Below, piece by piece: positions 29,263 through 43,500 of a stretch of 64,000 nucleotides of DNA; position 1 is the first letter of the stretch, and every line of letters begins with the position of its first letter. The notes under the pieces were generated by a model, which saw only the letters and a program-made list of their open reading frames with translations, had not been told where the DNA came from and searched no databases. The position numbers and the translations under genes were made by a program. The DNA comes from Octopus vulgaris (Eukaryota). The stretch lies in NCBI GenBank assembly GCA_951406725.2, contig OX597822.1:29574001-29638000 (forward strand). The letters are read 5' to 3'.

Positions 29263-29263
<1 letters not shown>
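29078..29263. repeat. Fold-back element between (TA)n tracts (family of 4494-4773)
   Basis: ATTAGAAGAAATAAGGTACTCAGAAATCTGGATGGTTTTATA ... TATAAAACCATCTAGATTTCTGAGTACCTTATTCCTTCTAAT. Confidence 0.8.
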
Positions 29264-29340
<77 letters not shown>

Positions 29341-29486
29341 CGAAGTGTTACAGTATTATATATTTGTTACGGTCGTTCTTACCAATCGATTTCTCATTAC
29401 GGGTTCAACGGAGTCTTAGGTAACCGTCCAATTATGCAACATTGCGCTCATCAGAGGTAGCCGTTATGGAATTAAATATGGCTATA

Positions 29487-29561
<75 letters not shown>

Positions 29562-29563
<2 letters not shown>

Positions 29564-29768
29564 AGTCTGGATAGATTCCTTCAAGGAATACCAGATAAGC
29601 CACCCATAATTGGATACAACTCACCCAACAAAAACTCACTACTTGAATGGACCATAAACAAAACTTGACTTAAACAGGATTCAAATAATACTATCAGGTG
29701 GTGCTATTAAGTTAGACATGGCCTGGACCAATCATTGATCGAAACATATCTAAGTTTATCTAAGTCTA
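29562..29768 (+). mobile_element. Probable CR1/L2-group LINE 3' end
   Basis: SLDRFLQGIPDKPPIIGYNSPNKNSLLEW* resembles LINE C-termini; ends in short TCTAAGT repeats. Confidence 0.45.
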
Positions 29769-29772
29769 CGTT

Positions 29773-29871
<99 letters not shown>

Positions 29872-30489
29872 TATATATGCATATATATATATATGTATAT
29901 ATATGTTTTTAATAATGTATTATATTTTATGTACGTGTATGTATATATATATATTATTTATTTATTTGTGTGTGTGTGTATGTATTATTCGCCTGTTCTA
30001 CGTCAAACTACCAGAGTAAATATAGTATTGATTTTGTGGTATTTTTGCAAGCTAACATTCATTGGGGAATTTGACTCCTCGCAGGTTTAATGTATTCATT
30101 TCACTGCTGACCGACTGAATTTATTTACATGACATAACAGTGAGTAATACACAAGATTGTACGAATTGAGAATATTTGAGGATTGCATCTAGTTACCCTC
30201 TGCTACCTTTGCTATCTTTAGAACTATCAAGAGGACCAGCGAGACAGCCTACATGCGATCATTTCTTGACGTGCTAGAAATAGCAGTCAAACATGCTACG
30301 AGACAAGAAAGATACATTGGAAAATGCAGTCAGTTCTAATTTCACACACACAAAAAAAGGTGGGATGTTTTCGATTATTTGAAACACCTTTGGTTGTACG
30401 TCTGCTTAATCAAACATTATCAAACACTATCGGCTGCAACTCTAGCTTCAGTAGTCGATTTCGGTTCTGTACACTAGACAAGTTACATG

Positions 30490-30830
30490 CATATATGATG
30501 AGACAGCCGCGAAAAATTATGAATATCACTTTCTTTGACAAGATCAGGAATAAAGAGATCTTACGACATGCTGGTCTGCTTCCTGAGATTGAAATTGTTA
30601 TTGATAGAAACATTTATGTTGGTCGGGATGCAGGATGGACAACAGTAGACTCCCTTGACAAATCCTTTATTCTCAGCTATGCAAAGGGAAAAGAAACCAT
30701 GGAAGATCTAGACTGAGGTTCAAATATACTGCGGAAAGGAATATGACCTGTAAAGGAATTGGTCTTGATAAATGGCAAACCGAAGCGAAAAACCGATCAA
30801 TATGGAGAAAACATATCAAATCATGTCGTA
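30490..30830 (+). mobile_element. RTE-clade LINE 3' fragment
   Basis: RKIMNITFFDKIRNKEILRHAG...RMDNSRLP*QILYSQLCKGKRNHGRSRLRFK...WQTEAKNRSIWRK. Confidence 0.75.
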
Positions 30831-31439
30831 GCCGTGACGACTGACTGCAGATAAACATTAGACATGAGAGAGTTCTAATCCTGATGATCCTTTGCTTTCT
30901 TCTTTCTTATTTGTGTGTCTCTCCTTACAAACGGTCAGCCATTTTGTATTTTGTATTCCTATTGTATGTGTCTTCATTTGCGCATGCATATACCTCTATG
31001 TGTGTCTATGTTTAGTTAGTGTATTTTTATTGGCTAAACTGGCAAAATGACCATTCCTAAATACAACAATATATGTTTCAACACACGATTTCACATAAAA
31101 AATCTTGCAAAACAAATATATTCTTTCGATGATTTGGAAAAAGGAATATAACACCACAACCCTCTAAGTAGTTTGATACTTTTGATCTTTTTAAAACAAA
31201 CTTTTGATCGATAATGTTGTAAGATATTGAAAATTGTGAAACTGCTTATTTGTCAAGTGATGGATTCCCGAGTATTCAATTAAACATTTAGGAACTGTCG
31301 ATTTCGAAGAATTTTAGTCGTCAATCACATGCAAGTTACCATCAAAACTGAAGGCTGACAGAATGGATCGAACATCTCTGATCTGTGGCTTAGTAGTAGG
31401 GCGGCTTTTTCTTAGCTCCTCGAAACCAATAGAAGGAAA

Positions 31440-31682
31440 GGAATATTTACACAATATTACACAAGTCCTAGGTTTCAATGGCTGATGTACGTGACTGTTG
31501 CTTTGAACTGGTTGATCACCCTCTCTGTTCTGATTTTTCCCCGTCTGAATATCATCTATTCCAAAACATGAAAAAAATTTGGCTGGGAAGTACGTTGAGC
31601 ATTTATTGCAAAATAAACCTAATTTGATCTATTCCATGAGCGTATCTTGGTTGGCCTATCAACTTCTCAGCCGACCCTCGTA
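31440..31682 (+). mobile_element. Mariner transposase C-terminal remnant with 3' TIR
   Basis: FELVDHPLCSDFSPSEYHLFQNMKK (degenerate HPPYSPDLAPSDYHLF); end ACTTCTCAGCCGACCCTCG-TA. Confidence 0.65.
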
Positions 31683-31905
31683 TGTCTGTTTGAAGTAGTG
31701 AGATGTCCCTATACATTGTACCTAATGACATCTTAAGAAATTGAGCCATAGAGCATGGCACGCATTCAGACCAGTTCTCTGGTTTGAGAATCCCTTTATC
31801 ACTCTCTTCCTCTCTTCCCATTCATCCCGCTCGCCATAACTCCAACCAATCTTGGAGGCTCTGTCAAGGGTTTTAGGCACTGTCCGCCTTCTAAGAAAGC
31901 GACAC

Positions 31906-31972
<67 letters not shown>

Positions 31973-33854
31973 CGTGATGCGAACCGTATATCATCTTTCA
32001 GACATACCCCAATCTTTTTCTTACTGTAGAGAAATCCTTGAAATACATTCTGAAATTACTATATGCCTTTATTAAACTTTTTTCTTTTCTTTCATAAAGT
32101 TAAATTTCATAAGAGATTAAATATATAATGAAACTTTTCTTTGAAAAGGCGTGGCAGTGTTAAATCCACCAGATACTACAAAATAGCTTTAAGAAATTTA
32201 TTCTTAACCAAGATCTTACTTAGATCAAACTTCTCTATAATTCTTTACAACCCCTCCCCCACACACATACTTTCGTACAGTTACCGTCTACCAATTTCAT
32301 TGACTAGGCATTGGTCGGCCTGAGAGTAGTTGAAAGCACTAGTCTATGTAGTGGGATTGAACCTGAAACCACTTGGTAGCGAAGCAAACTTCTTAACCAC
32401 AGAGCCCATACTTGCGCTTATGTTGACTATGTTTGAACACCAAAAGGGAGCGGTGTTTCAAAATGAATTGGGTTGAACACAATGTTTGAAAATTTTGATA
32501 TCTGACATTATTTCAAGCAGATAATATCCAAATTAATGTAGTGTTTCTCGGAGGAAGGAATACTGAGCAACAAACACTCCCCTGGTGAAGAAACTGGTCT
32601 TTGAAGAATGTTAAGTAGGTTGATAGGTAATAAAATTAAGATGGCTTTCAACGTATAAACCTATCTGTAACCATGATAAAGCATGAAAAAATGATATGAA
32701 TGCCAACTCTGACCTGTTTTCTCATAAATAACACCAGGGGTGGGCAAATGATATTTTTAGTGGCGGTGTGGTATTTGTCAGTTTGAGAATCATTGAATTA
32801 GTGGACTCTAACAAATGATTACTTTTAAAATATAGTCATTTGACATTATTAGTTTGTATGGATTTATGATTTCGAGACCCTTTCCTCACTGGTCTGACAT
32901 AACGTAAAGACGCTTTGGTAAAGAATAACTTTTTCACAAAATATTTCTAGTTCTTTATTCTTCTCTGTTACTAAGTACTCCACGCGTCCTATCTACATGC
33001 ATATACATACCTGTAACCCACACATAAATCATGTACATTTAACACTGATTTCTCAAATATTTGTTACATAGTTTGAAAGGAGGCCGACCGTTCATATCTG
33101 ACTTGAGCCTATGACCAAATTCGCATGGGCCTGATTATATACATTGTCGTATTAAAAGAGTCGTAGTTAGCTTAAACTACGGAAGCTAAAATCTTAACTA
33201 GACATAAAGGTTGTAAGAGATAGATAGATAAGGAGCGAGAGAGAGAGAAAATAGAAACAAAATGCGGCGTCCAGGTATCGATCGTAAAATCGATTGAATA
33301 TAGCAAAATATATCGTTGTTTCGTAATTACTCAATCCTAGGAGAGAGATGAAACAATGCTTGTATTTCTCCTCTAAATTATGGATTATTTCCCATTGATG
33401 ATAAAACGGTGGCGCACAATAATATTAGATGCATTCGGTGTTGCCACTGCACCTTTCACGTATTCTGAATACATATCTGAAGAAAAATACAGAAATAATT
33501 TGAATGCTCTCAGAAATATAGGCTTCTAATTTTGTCACAAGGCCAGAAAGTTCGAAGGGATGGGCTTGGTCAATCAAATCGACCCCAGTGTTGAACTGGT
33601 ACTTAATTTATCAACTCCGAAAGAGATGAGTGACAAAGTCAACGTCAACGGGATTTGAACTCCGAACATAAAGACCGACGAAATGCTGGTAAGAATTTTG
33701 CCCGGCGTAGTAACGATTCTACCAGCTTGCCGCCTCACAGAATCTTAGACATATTGTTTTCTTAAATAGAACTCATTAAAGTACTGGATATCAACGACTG
33801 GATATCAACGACTTGTGGGGTAACTGGGACTATCATTGGGTTCCATAATTATTT

Positions 33855-34148
33855 TGTTTGTTCCTTCTCGAGTCACACCTGGATCATAGGGCCGGTTTCC
33901 TGGTTTCCTTGGCGTATAGGTTCCCCACCTGGACAGGACGCCGGTCCGTCGCAGGTGAGCTGCAAGATGCAGGAGGAAAGAGTGAGAGAAAGTTGTGGTG
34001 AAGGAGTCAGCAGAAGTTCGTCATTACCTTCTGCCGGGGCCGCGTGGAGCTTAGGTGTTTCGCTCATAAACACAAACATCGCCCGGTCTGAGATTCGAAC
34101 CCGCGATCCCTCGACCGCGAATCCGCTGCTCTAACCATGTGCCTCCAC
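33855..34148 (-). mobile_element. tRNA-derived SINE, family C
   Basis: Near-identical to 186-477. Confidence 0.8.
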
Positions 34149-35234
34149 GGGTACCATAATTAGCTAACTCAAAATGAAAGGGATCAACTGCGTTCGAAAA
34201 TTTACATTGGCGTAAGAAATACTTGATGCGATACACAGGTAACACAATACAACAAAACACAGTTCCCTGATACTTATTCCTGATTTTTATAAAATCTATT
34301 TTTATAGTCCATTCTATATTGTTTCCTAAAATATAACGATATTGTTATAGTAATTTTGCTGTATTGTTATACTAATTTATAATTAGTCGCAATTGAAACG
34401 CAATGTAAACATTATACGTAAAACCTGTTTCATACGAATTAATTGCTTTAGATTTTCTCCGTTGATACGCCCTATTTTGTTTTTCAAATAGTCAACAAAC
34501 AGATAATTATATTGTCTACCATTAAAGTTTTATGCATTTCAAAATGTTTTGCTTTTTAAGTATGTTACGTAAATCTTTGTTGTGCTAATATGAGACTGTG
34601 TACCTCTGCGACGACATTTTCTCTGCTATCTCGCCATACTAAAGCCAAATGGTCTTGCGGAGTGATTCTCAAACAGACGAATACTTCCATCCGCCAATAG
34701 CTTGGTGGCATATGCCCTGTTTATTTATTTATTTATTTATTTTTTTTAAAGTTTCATAGTTGAAATTATGTATGAATTTAAACAAATTATGTATGAAATA
34801 TTCCGATTTCTAATTACGAATTGATAAAAATAGTGAAATTGAGAAACCGTCTAATTTCGAAAATACTTAGGCACTCAACATCAGAAATACAGTAACAAAG
34901 GGCTGTGTGAGTGTACATACATACGGCGTTTCTCAATCGGGGTTTCCCGGAACCCTAGGGCTCCGTAAAAGGTTCCTAGTGGTTCCATGAAAAAGAGCGA
35001 GATAAGCTAATGCTAATTTCATGATCGTAATATTACTTTACATGCACAACATACCATTGGTTATTGTAATATTGTAATATAATAATATGCACAACATACC
35101 ATTGGTTATTGTAATATAGTAATATAGACATCTTCCTATCAAGCCTATAATGTTATCAATAAATAAATAAATAAATAACAACCATATATATATATATATA
35201 TTTTTTTTTCATCGTAGTTCACGTGGTAAATATC

Positions 35235-35316
<82 letters not shown>

Positions 35317-35486
35317 GTATATATGTATATATATGTATATATGTATATATATGTATATATATATATATATGATATTTACCACGTGAACTACGATGAAAAA
35401 TATGAGAAAGATATGGTATGTAATTATTTTTGTGTAGGGAGGTCCTTGAGACATGTAATTTATTTTAAGGGTTTCTTTTTTTACAA

Positions 35487-35720
35487 AAAGCTGCAAAGGC
35501 ATCACAAAAAACTGCTACTCAGAGTTTCACGTTCCCGTTTGTCGGGCAGTTGCGATCACATTTCTTGATCACAACTGTCCGACGAACGGGAACGTGAAAC
35601 TCTGAGTAGCAGTTCTTTTGTGATGTTTTTGCAGCTTTAATAAAATTGCATATTACTCAACCTTCGGTATTCGAGTACTATTTTTTCCACATTGTTTTGC
35701 ATTTATGTGATTACTTGTGT
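35487..35720 (+). mobile_element. Hammerhead-bearing fold-back mini-element (diverged)
   Basis: Arms about 35487-35558 / 35566-35638; aactgt CCGACGA a CG GGAA CG t GAAAC TCTGA GTA gcagtt; family of 20425 / 49439 / 56975. Confidence 0.8.
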
Positions 35721-36058
35721 ACACACGCACACACACACACATACACACACACACACACATACATATACAAGGTGTGTATGGCCTAGTGGTTTTGGTGTTG
35801 CAGTCACGACCACGGTTTCAATTTCTGGATCGGATAGTGCATTGTGGTATTCAACTAAAAACTTCGTCGCTCTACGATCACTTCGATACCTGAGGAGTGG
35901 TACACTGAGTACCAGTTCAAGCAACGTCGATTTGGTGGAGGGAGTAAACTAATGTGAAGTACGAACATTTGATCATTATAAACAAATCATTTGTGCAGAT
36001 TGTTTGGCAAAGCATTGCAGAACCGTTTTTCTTGGACTACGAGAGACTACCACCATTA

Positions 36059-36111
<53 letters not shown>

Positions 36112-36119
36112 GTGATTAT

Positions 36120-36398
36120 ACCGTGAAATGCTTAGCGGTATGATCGACTTAATCCGTTTGTCTGTCTTAGTTTGTCCCCTCTGTGTTTAGCCCCTTGTGG
36201 GTAGTAAAGAAATAGGTATATCGTGTGTCTTTACGTTCTGAGTTCAAATTCTGCCGAGGTCAACTTTGCCTTTCATCCTTTCGGGGCCGATAAATTAAGT
36301 ACCAGTTGCACACTGAGGTCGATGTAATCGACTTAATCCATTTGTCTGTCCTTGTTTGTCCCCTCTATGTTTAGCCCCTTGTGGGCAATAAAGAAATA
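36120..36398 (+). mobile_element. Family A SINE dimer (tail type 2)
   Basis: Deleted first unit joined through AAAGAAATA-GGTAT to a second headless unit. Confidence 0.7.
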
Positions 36399-36564
36399 AC
36401 ACATACATACTTGTATACACATGTATACGCACATGCAGACAAGGGATGTAACCGCCCCATGACCGACTCGAGGGTCTCCGTACTAGATCTAGTTCCGCCT
36501 ATACTGTAGTGATCGTCAGTGAGGACTACTCGAACGGTGCATGATCGGCTATTTCCCTCTGCCT

Positions 36565-36597
<33 letters not shown>

Positions 36598-37380
36598 ATA
36601 TAAAAGTCGAATTTTTTAGATCATTTTTTAATGTCAAATTTATGGGGTCGACTATTACATAGATACTACTTTTGAGGGGCTAAAATTCAAGCTAGAATAC
36701 GAAGTACCGTATCAACAGCAGAAACCCAAATGATTTGTAAGCGAATAAAAGCCAAAACAATGTATTACAGTAGTATTACCAATTCTATGCACCGAAACTC
36801 ACGTCTAGTAAAATATAAAGGTCACATGGGAGTCACTGATCTAGCGATTAATTGAATGGTTTTAGGATTACCAAAGCCATGCCTTTGTACGAATTCAGAC
36901 AACGGCGTTTGCCAGTGTTCGCCAATAGTGCTGTTTCACCATCTAAACAACGAGTCTCGCCATGTTTCTCACCATGTAAAGAACAAGTGTATGACGCATG
37001 TGTCTATTGTGCTTGAAGAAGTACACAGGCTTGCAGCATATCCTGTGCATACATTTTGTAACACCCATCAACAGATGTGTAGTGCTCGCTATTAAATGAT
37101 GTTTTACTATAAGCACTAAGCACTCCATTATAAGCGCGAAGCATCCACCTATAGAGTAGGCTACAATAAGGTAGCCTCACAATTTTGTAACAGTGTTATT
37201 TCTACGTACAGGATAATACGGTACCTTGACCCACAAATATTGTCCTGTTGATCGTGAAATACGGGTCTATGGGAAATTCCCAATTTTTTTGCTAAAAATA
37301 GTCGGGGCCGTCTTTTACATGAGATCAACTGTCCTCTTATACACATATATTCATACATTTAAAATTTATTCATGAATGAT

Positions 37381-37475
<95 letters not shown>

Positions 37476-37966
37476 CAGCCCTACTCTCATTCTCTAACTA
37501 TCGGACACACATACAGAGAGAGCCTGTCTATACGAGGTCGCTCGACCAGTTAGAAATAATGATCAGATTCTTTCATATCACATTCCACTGTCTTAAAAAT
37601 AAGGATGGAAACATTGGACAATGTAGTCCTAGATATAAATCTAGAAAAATATGGGATGGTCATAGATGGAATACGTTTGACTATTGGTCCGCCCACTCTG
37701 GCATGACACATGACTACACAACACGAACGACAACAACAACAACATATACATCAGTAATTACTTTCAAATTTTGGCACAAAGCCAGCAAGTTCGAGCTAGG
37801 GGGTAAATCGATTACATCAACCTCAGTGCTCAACTCGTACTTATTTTATGGGCCTCGAAAGGGATGAAAGGCAAAGTCGACCTCGGCGGAATTTGAACTT
37901 AGAACATAAAGACGGACGAAATGCCGCTAAGCATTTTGCCCAGCGTGTTAACGATTTTGCTTTATA

Positions 37967-38126
37967 TGGCAGGAGTGGCTGTGTGGTAACCATGTGCTTA
38001 CCAACCACATGGTTCCGGGTTCAGTCCCACTGCGTGACACCTTGGGCAAGTGTCTTCTACTATAGCCTCGGGCCGACCAAGGCCTTGTGAGTGGATTTGG
38101 TAGAAAGAAACTGAAAGAAGCCCGTC

Positions 38127-38170
<44 letters not shown>

Positions 38171-38389
38171 ATGTATATGTTTGTGTGTCTGTGTTTGTCC
38201 CCCGAACATCACTTGACAACCGATGCTGGTGTGTTTACGTCCCCGTAACTTAGCGGCTCGGGAAAAGAGACCGATAGAATAAGTACTAGGCTTACAAAGA
38301 ATAAGTCCTGGGGTCGACATGCTCGACTAAAGGCGGTGCTCCCACATGGCCGCAGTCAAATGACTGAAACAAGTAAAAGAGTTAAAGAG
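37967..38389 (+). mobile_element. SINE family B, full length
   Basis: Same layout as 28410-28866. Confidence 0.85.
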
Positions 38390-38817
38390 TCCGCTGCCCT
38401 AACCACTGAGCCATTGCGCCTCCACCTAATTGAACTTCACCAACCCTAAAACGAAACCACTTATCACGGAGGAAGCCTTGTAGGTAGGTATTTTATTTGC
38501 GAGAAAATAGCAACCAAACCAAATCTTTGTCCATCTGTCTGACTGACTGTCTCTGTACCCCACTCTCTCTCTCTTTCTCTCTCAAATGACACATTCTAGT
38601 TTCAAGAAAAAATGTGGGAGAAAGACGTATTGAATAATAATTGTAATCTGAGATTAACAATTTTGTAAGAAGTAAAAAAAAATGTCGGGATGGGCTCGAA
38701 TAAAATGCTTTTGTTGAAATGTGATCGATCGGGGTTAACTTGTGCGTGAACAACGTTAACGACAGTGGTGACGATGGCACACACACACACACACACACAC
38801 AGACACACAGACACACA

Positions 38818-38905
<88 letters not shown>

Positions 38906-39731
38906 TATTAATTCCCTTTAAGTCACGAAGGAAGGCAGAGCCCGCGACAATTTACAGAGCTTCTGAGACTGATGGGAACTGGAGACGAAAATATCTTCAA
39001 ATCGGAAACCCGCTGGAATGGATTTACACTAAAGGTGCCCCAGGTGGTGCTGTTCATCCAGGCGACGGGTTAGGCCTACCTGCCAAATGGGCCGTGGCTG
39101 TTTTCAAATTTTGGCACAGGGCCGGCAATTTAGGGTTGGAGACAGGTCGATTACATCGAGCTCAGTGCTCAACTTATTTTATCGACCCTGAAAGGATGAA
39201 AGGCAAAATCGACCTCGGAAGAATTTGAACTCAGAATGTAAAGCCGGACGAAATGCCGCTAAGCATTTTATCCAGCGTGCTAAATGGTTCTGCCAACGCA
39301 CCGCCTTATTCGTAAAATTTATTTAAAACTATTTAAAAATCGGCCATCTTTATTTATTTAAAACTATTTAAAAAGTCGTTAGTACATCTTCATATTGTGA
39401 GTTAAAATTCCGCCGAGGTAGACTTATCCGCTTTCCCGAAATAACTGGTCTTTTGCCAAAATTTGGGGCAAGTGTCTTCTGGTATAGCCTCGGGTCGACC
39501 AAAGCATTGTGAGTGGATTTGGTAGACGGAAACTGAAAGAAGACCATCGTATACACACACACACACACATATGTATGTGTGTGTATATGTTTGTATGTGT
39601 GTTTGTCCCCAACCGATGCTGGTGTGTTTACGTCCCCGTAACTTATATATATTGATAACAAGTTTATTGTATCTGAAGTCAATTCCAACAGAATTAAGTT
39701 TATGTGAAGTAGCTCTAAAATTAAAAATTCT

Positions 39732-40084
39732 ATATACCAGTGTAAAACAAGTACTCATAATAAAGTACAATTTTACATTGGAAGCACATCGTTACAGTTA
39801 TCTAAAATAATTTCTATCCATTACTCAACATTTAGGGATAAGAATAAACGTAACAGTACAGGGCTCAGTAAATTAATTTGGGATCTAAAAGACCACAATG
39901 AACAATTTAATTTAGAATGGTTGATTCTCTCAACCTCGATACCTTATGACAAAGGCAAGGAATTCTCTGTAATTCTGAAATATTTTTCATTATTTTTTCT
40001 AAAAGTCCCCTAGTAAACACGGTTATAGAGCATGAATACCGATGTAAACATTTGCAAAAACACATCTTTAGTCCATATAAGTAA
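39732..40084 (+). pseudogene. PLE GIY-YIG endonuclease remnant (second PLE type), absent from the ORF track
   Basis: IYQCK...FYIGSTS...HYSTFRDKNKRNSTGLSKLIWDLKD...EWLIL...PYDKGK / frameshift / LCNSE...LVN...CKH...*; degenerate hammerhead downstream (CCGAAGA..GAAAC ATGT GTC, 40299-40374), then (TA)n. Confidence 0.7.
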
Positions 40085-40942
40085 TCTCTATCATTATATA
40101 TAATTTAAACATTAATTTTCTTTTTATATTTAACTAAAAAAATATATTTCACTAAAAAATATCCCTCCTCTTTCTATAGGCTACTTCTGACGTTATATCA
40201 TATAACGTTTTTCAAACAATATTAATATTAAAATCACTATACATATCCATCATTTTCTGATAAAATGTCTTATTAACAAGTTTCATTTCTTCATTTGCCC
40301 GAAGAGAAGATTACATTGTTTTACACCATTTATTCCTTTGGAATAATATCAGCGAAATCTTCGAAACATGTGTCGGAAGTAAAAGTATTTGAATTATACC
40401 TGCGTTAAACCCCATATATATATATATAATACAATATATACATTAAGTGAAAACTAAATACTATAATATAATCTATATACCTTAAATTAAATTATTAATT
40501 AATTTATTTAATAAACATCTAAATAAAATATTATACTTATTAAGTAATTTATATTAAAAACCTTAATATTAAGTAATATACATTATGTTAGTACAAGCTA
40601 TAAATATTAGAATTAAAAATAGGAAATGGTTCAAAAATATATACACCTATTATATAAACTAACAATATTATTAATATATATGTAATATCTATAGATTTTA
40701 TATTTTACTCTATTATATAGTTGATAAAAATATCAATTAATATTAAACTAATTTACTTAAATGTAATACTACGTAATAAATAGACCATCTAAATATTAAA
40801 TAATATATTGTCATACAGAACTATTTCTCAAATTACATGTAATACGTTAAATCATATTATAAAAATAATAATAAACTTAATAAATAAATAGATATACATA
40901 TCATTAATAATTATCAAGAAATTATATATAAATTAATATTTT

Positions 40943-40984
<42 letters not shown>

Positions 40985-41000
40985 AATAATAATAATAATA

Positions 41001-41449
41001 GTATAAAAGATGGGCTACAGCAAATATTCTGCTCAATACCATAGATTTGCTTGTCAGTTGTTTGACCTTAACCAGTTGAGCATTTCCTTTAGTGGCTGAC
41101 GATTTGTGCATCTCTGATCATGAGCAGAAGTAGTGGGGGAGCATCATAGACATGTGTTGAGATAATTCACCTCTGGAAACATGGGTGGTTCTTTCAACAT
41201 CCTTAAACAACCATTATTCAGGGACCTTTTGAGCGGGATGGGCTACTCAACCTGAAGAAAATTCTAACTGGGCCCTACCTGCAAGGTCATGTGCTGTTTA
41301 TTTTGATATGAGATCACCATGTCGCGCACATATGGTTGTGATGCATGTGCCTGGTGTACCCTTATCAGACGGGTAGTCATGATGGGTATATTGGGCTTCG
41401 TATGTTTTACCCCAGTGTCACTTTGATGGCATGAACTGCTCTCTCACTC
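41001..41449 (+). mobile_element. (AAT)n-embedded non-autonomous retroelement, 5'-truncated
   Basis: Homologous to 47411-47962 and 53446-53984; ends CTCTCTCACTC(AAT)n; sits in the (AAT)n of only one palindrome arm. Confidence 0.8.
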
Positions 41450-41557
41450 AATAATAATAATAATAATAATCAAACTTAATACAATTCAACAAGCTAAGTA
41501 ACGTTTTTTGTTTAACAATATTATTTAACATTTGAATTGTATTAAGTTTTATTATTA

Positions 41558-41655
<98 letters not shown>

Positions 41656-42340
41656 AAAATATTAATTTATATAAAATTTCTTGATAATTATTAATGATAT
41701 GTATATCTATTTATTTATTAAGTTTATTATTATTTTTATATGATTTAACGTATTACATGTAATTTGAGAAATAGTTCTGTATGACAATATATTATTTAAT
41801 AGTTAGGTGGTCTATTTATTACGTAGTATTACATTTAAGTAAATTAGTTTAATATTAATTGATATTTTTATCAACTATATAATAGAGTAAAATATAAAAT
41901 CTATAGATATTACATATACATTAATAATATTGTTAGTTTATATAACAGGTGTGTATATTTTTGAACCATTTCCTATTTTTAATTCTAATATTTATAGCTT
42001 GTACTAACATAATGTATATTACGTAATATTAAGGTTTTTAATATAAATTACTTAATGAGTATAATATTTTATTTAGATGTTTATTAGATAAATAAATTAA
42101 TTAATAATTTAATTTAATGTATATAGATTATATTATAGTATTTAGTTTTCACTTAATGTATATTTTGTATTATATATATATATATATTTGTTTTAAATAT
42201 TTTAATTAATTGTATCTTATTTTTTATTCAATTTTTTATATTTAAATAAGAATATATTTGTTAAGATATTTCGTATTTTACAAGATTATTTACGTATACT
42301 TATTAATTTATCTAATTAATTATTTTATTGTTTTTATCTT

Positions 42341-42423
42341 TAACCTGAAGAGTGACTATATTTGTATTGAAGTGATTTTACTATTATCATTTCTTAAATA
42401 TAGCCACGAAACACGTGTCGTTA
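42341..42423 (+). ncRNA. Type I hammerhead ribozyme motif with extended stem II
   Basis: TAAC CTGAAGA GTGACTATATTT...AAATATAGCCAC GAAAC ACGT GTC GTTA; GUC cleavage triplet, palindromic stem III. Confidence 0.85.
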
Positions 42424-42649
42424 TTCTACCAAATATATACGTTTTATTTATTATTTTGCACTTTACTTAATCATTGTTATATGAATTATCTTATATTTAA
42501 GAAGTAATTTTTCTAAATGGTATAATTTAAATTCTTCATTGTTGAATTGATAAAAGGTGGTTTTTTCTAATTTATATATATTATATTTTGTGAAATTTGA
42601 TTATTTCTAAATTGAATTTTTCCCTGTAAGTTTGGAATAATATTCCCTC

Positions 42650-42767
<118 letters not shown>

Positions 42768-43261
42768 TGTGTGCGTATCCTTATTTCTTGCAGAATCCTT
42801 CGCGAAATCTTGTGGTTTTGGGGTACCCCAACTTTGAAACGTTGCCCTAGGAAGTCATAAGGTTTTAAATTAAATAATTTATGAAGAATGATGATAAGGG
42901 TGTTCTATACCTAAAATATAGGGAGATAAGGTGTCGAGGTCACTGAACGCTTGGAAATGCTGCCTTACGTCATAATGTAGTTACAAATACTTGATCTTAA
43001 AATAAAACGTGGAGGCGTTCATTGTTGAAATGTCTTTGAGCATTTAAAAAACTCAGCAGCACAATCAAGGCTATCTGGGGATAAACATCACCATAACAGC
43101 CACTGCCATTATTCTTCAACCTTATTCTTCTCCTTCACCTTCTGCAGAGAATTTACTGTGACTCGATACGAACCGCTGCTACCCACTGCCCAAGAAATAA
43201 TTATAAGATATAGTTAGAAAGAGAAGTGAGTCTCTCCAATCACTGCTATCACCAGAAAATA

Positions 43262-43500
43262 AACTAAGAAGGCGTTAGCGACTTTCCGTAACCTTATAGG
43301 GGACATATTAGAATTTGAGGGGATCTCTGTTTCCGTTTCCGAGATCCCTGACCGAGATTTGATCACCGTTGAGGAAGAGAACGGAATTTCTTGTCAATTT
43401 AATTTTATGAAAGTTCGTAGAAAAATGATAAAAGTGAGTTGATTTGACCAGAGCGGTAGATGTCGACGTTTCGGACATTTGTACTTCGGCAACCAATACC
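43262..43500 (+). pseudogene. Possible LINE ORF1 (zinc-knuckle) remnant
   Basis: KKALATFRNLIGDILEFEGISVSV...IKVS*FDQSGRCRRFGHL; partial CCHC-like motif only. Confidence 0.3.

Noticed and set aside
36595-37340. Possible pogo-like MITE and its internal ORFs
   Set aside because: Subterminal GGGGTCGACT-type motifs are present but TIRs could not be delimited; ORFs are short and motif-less.
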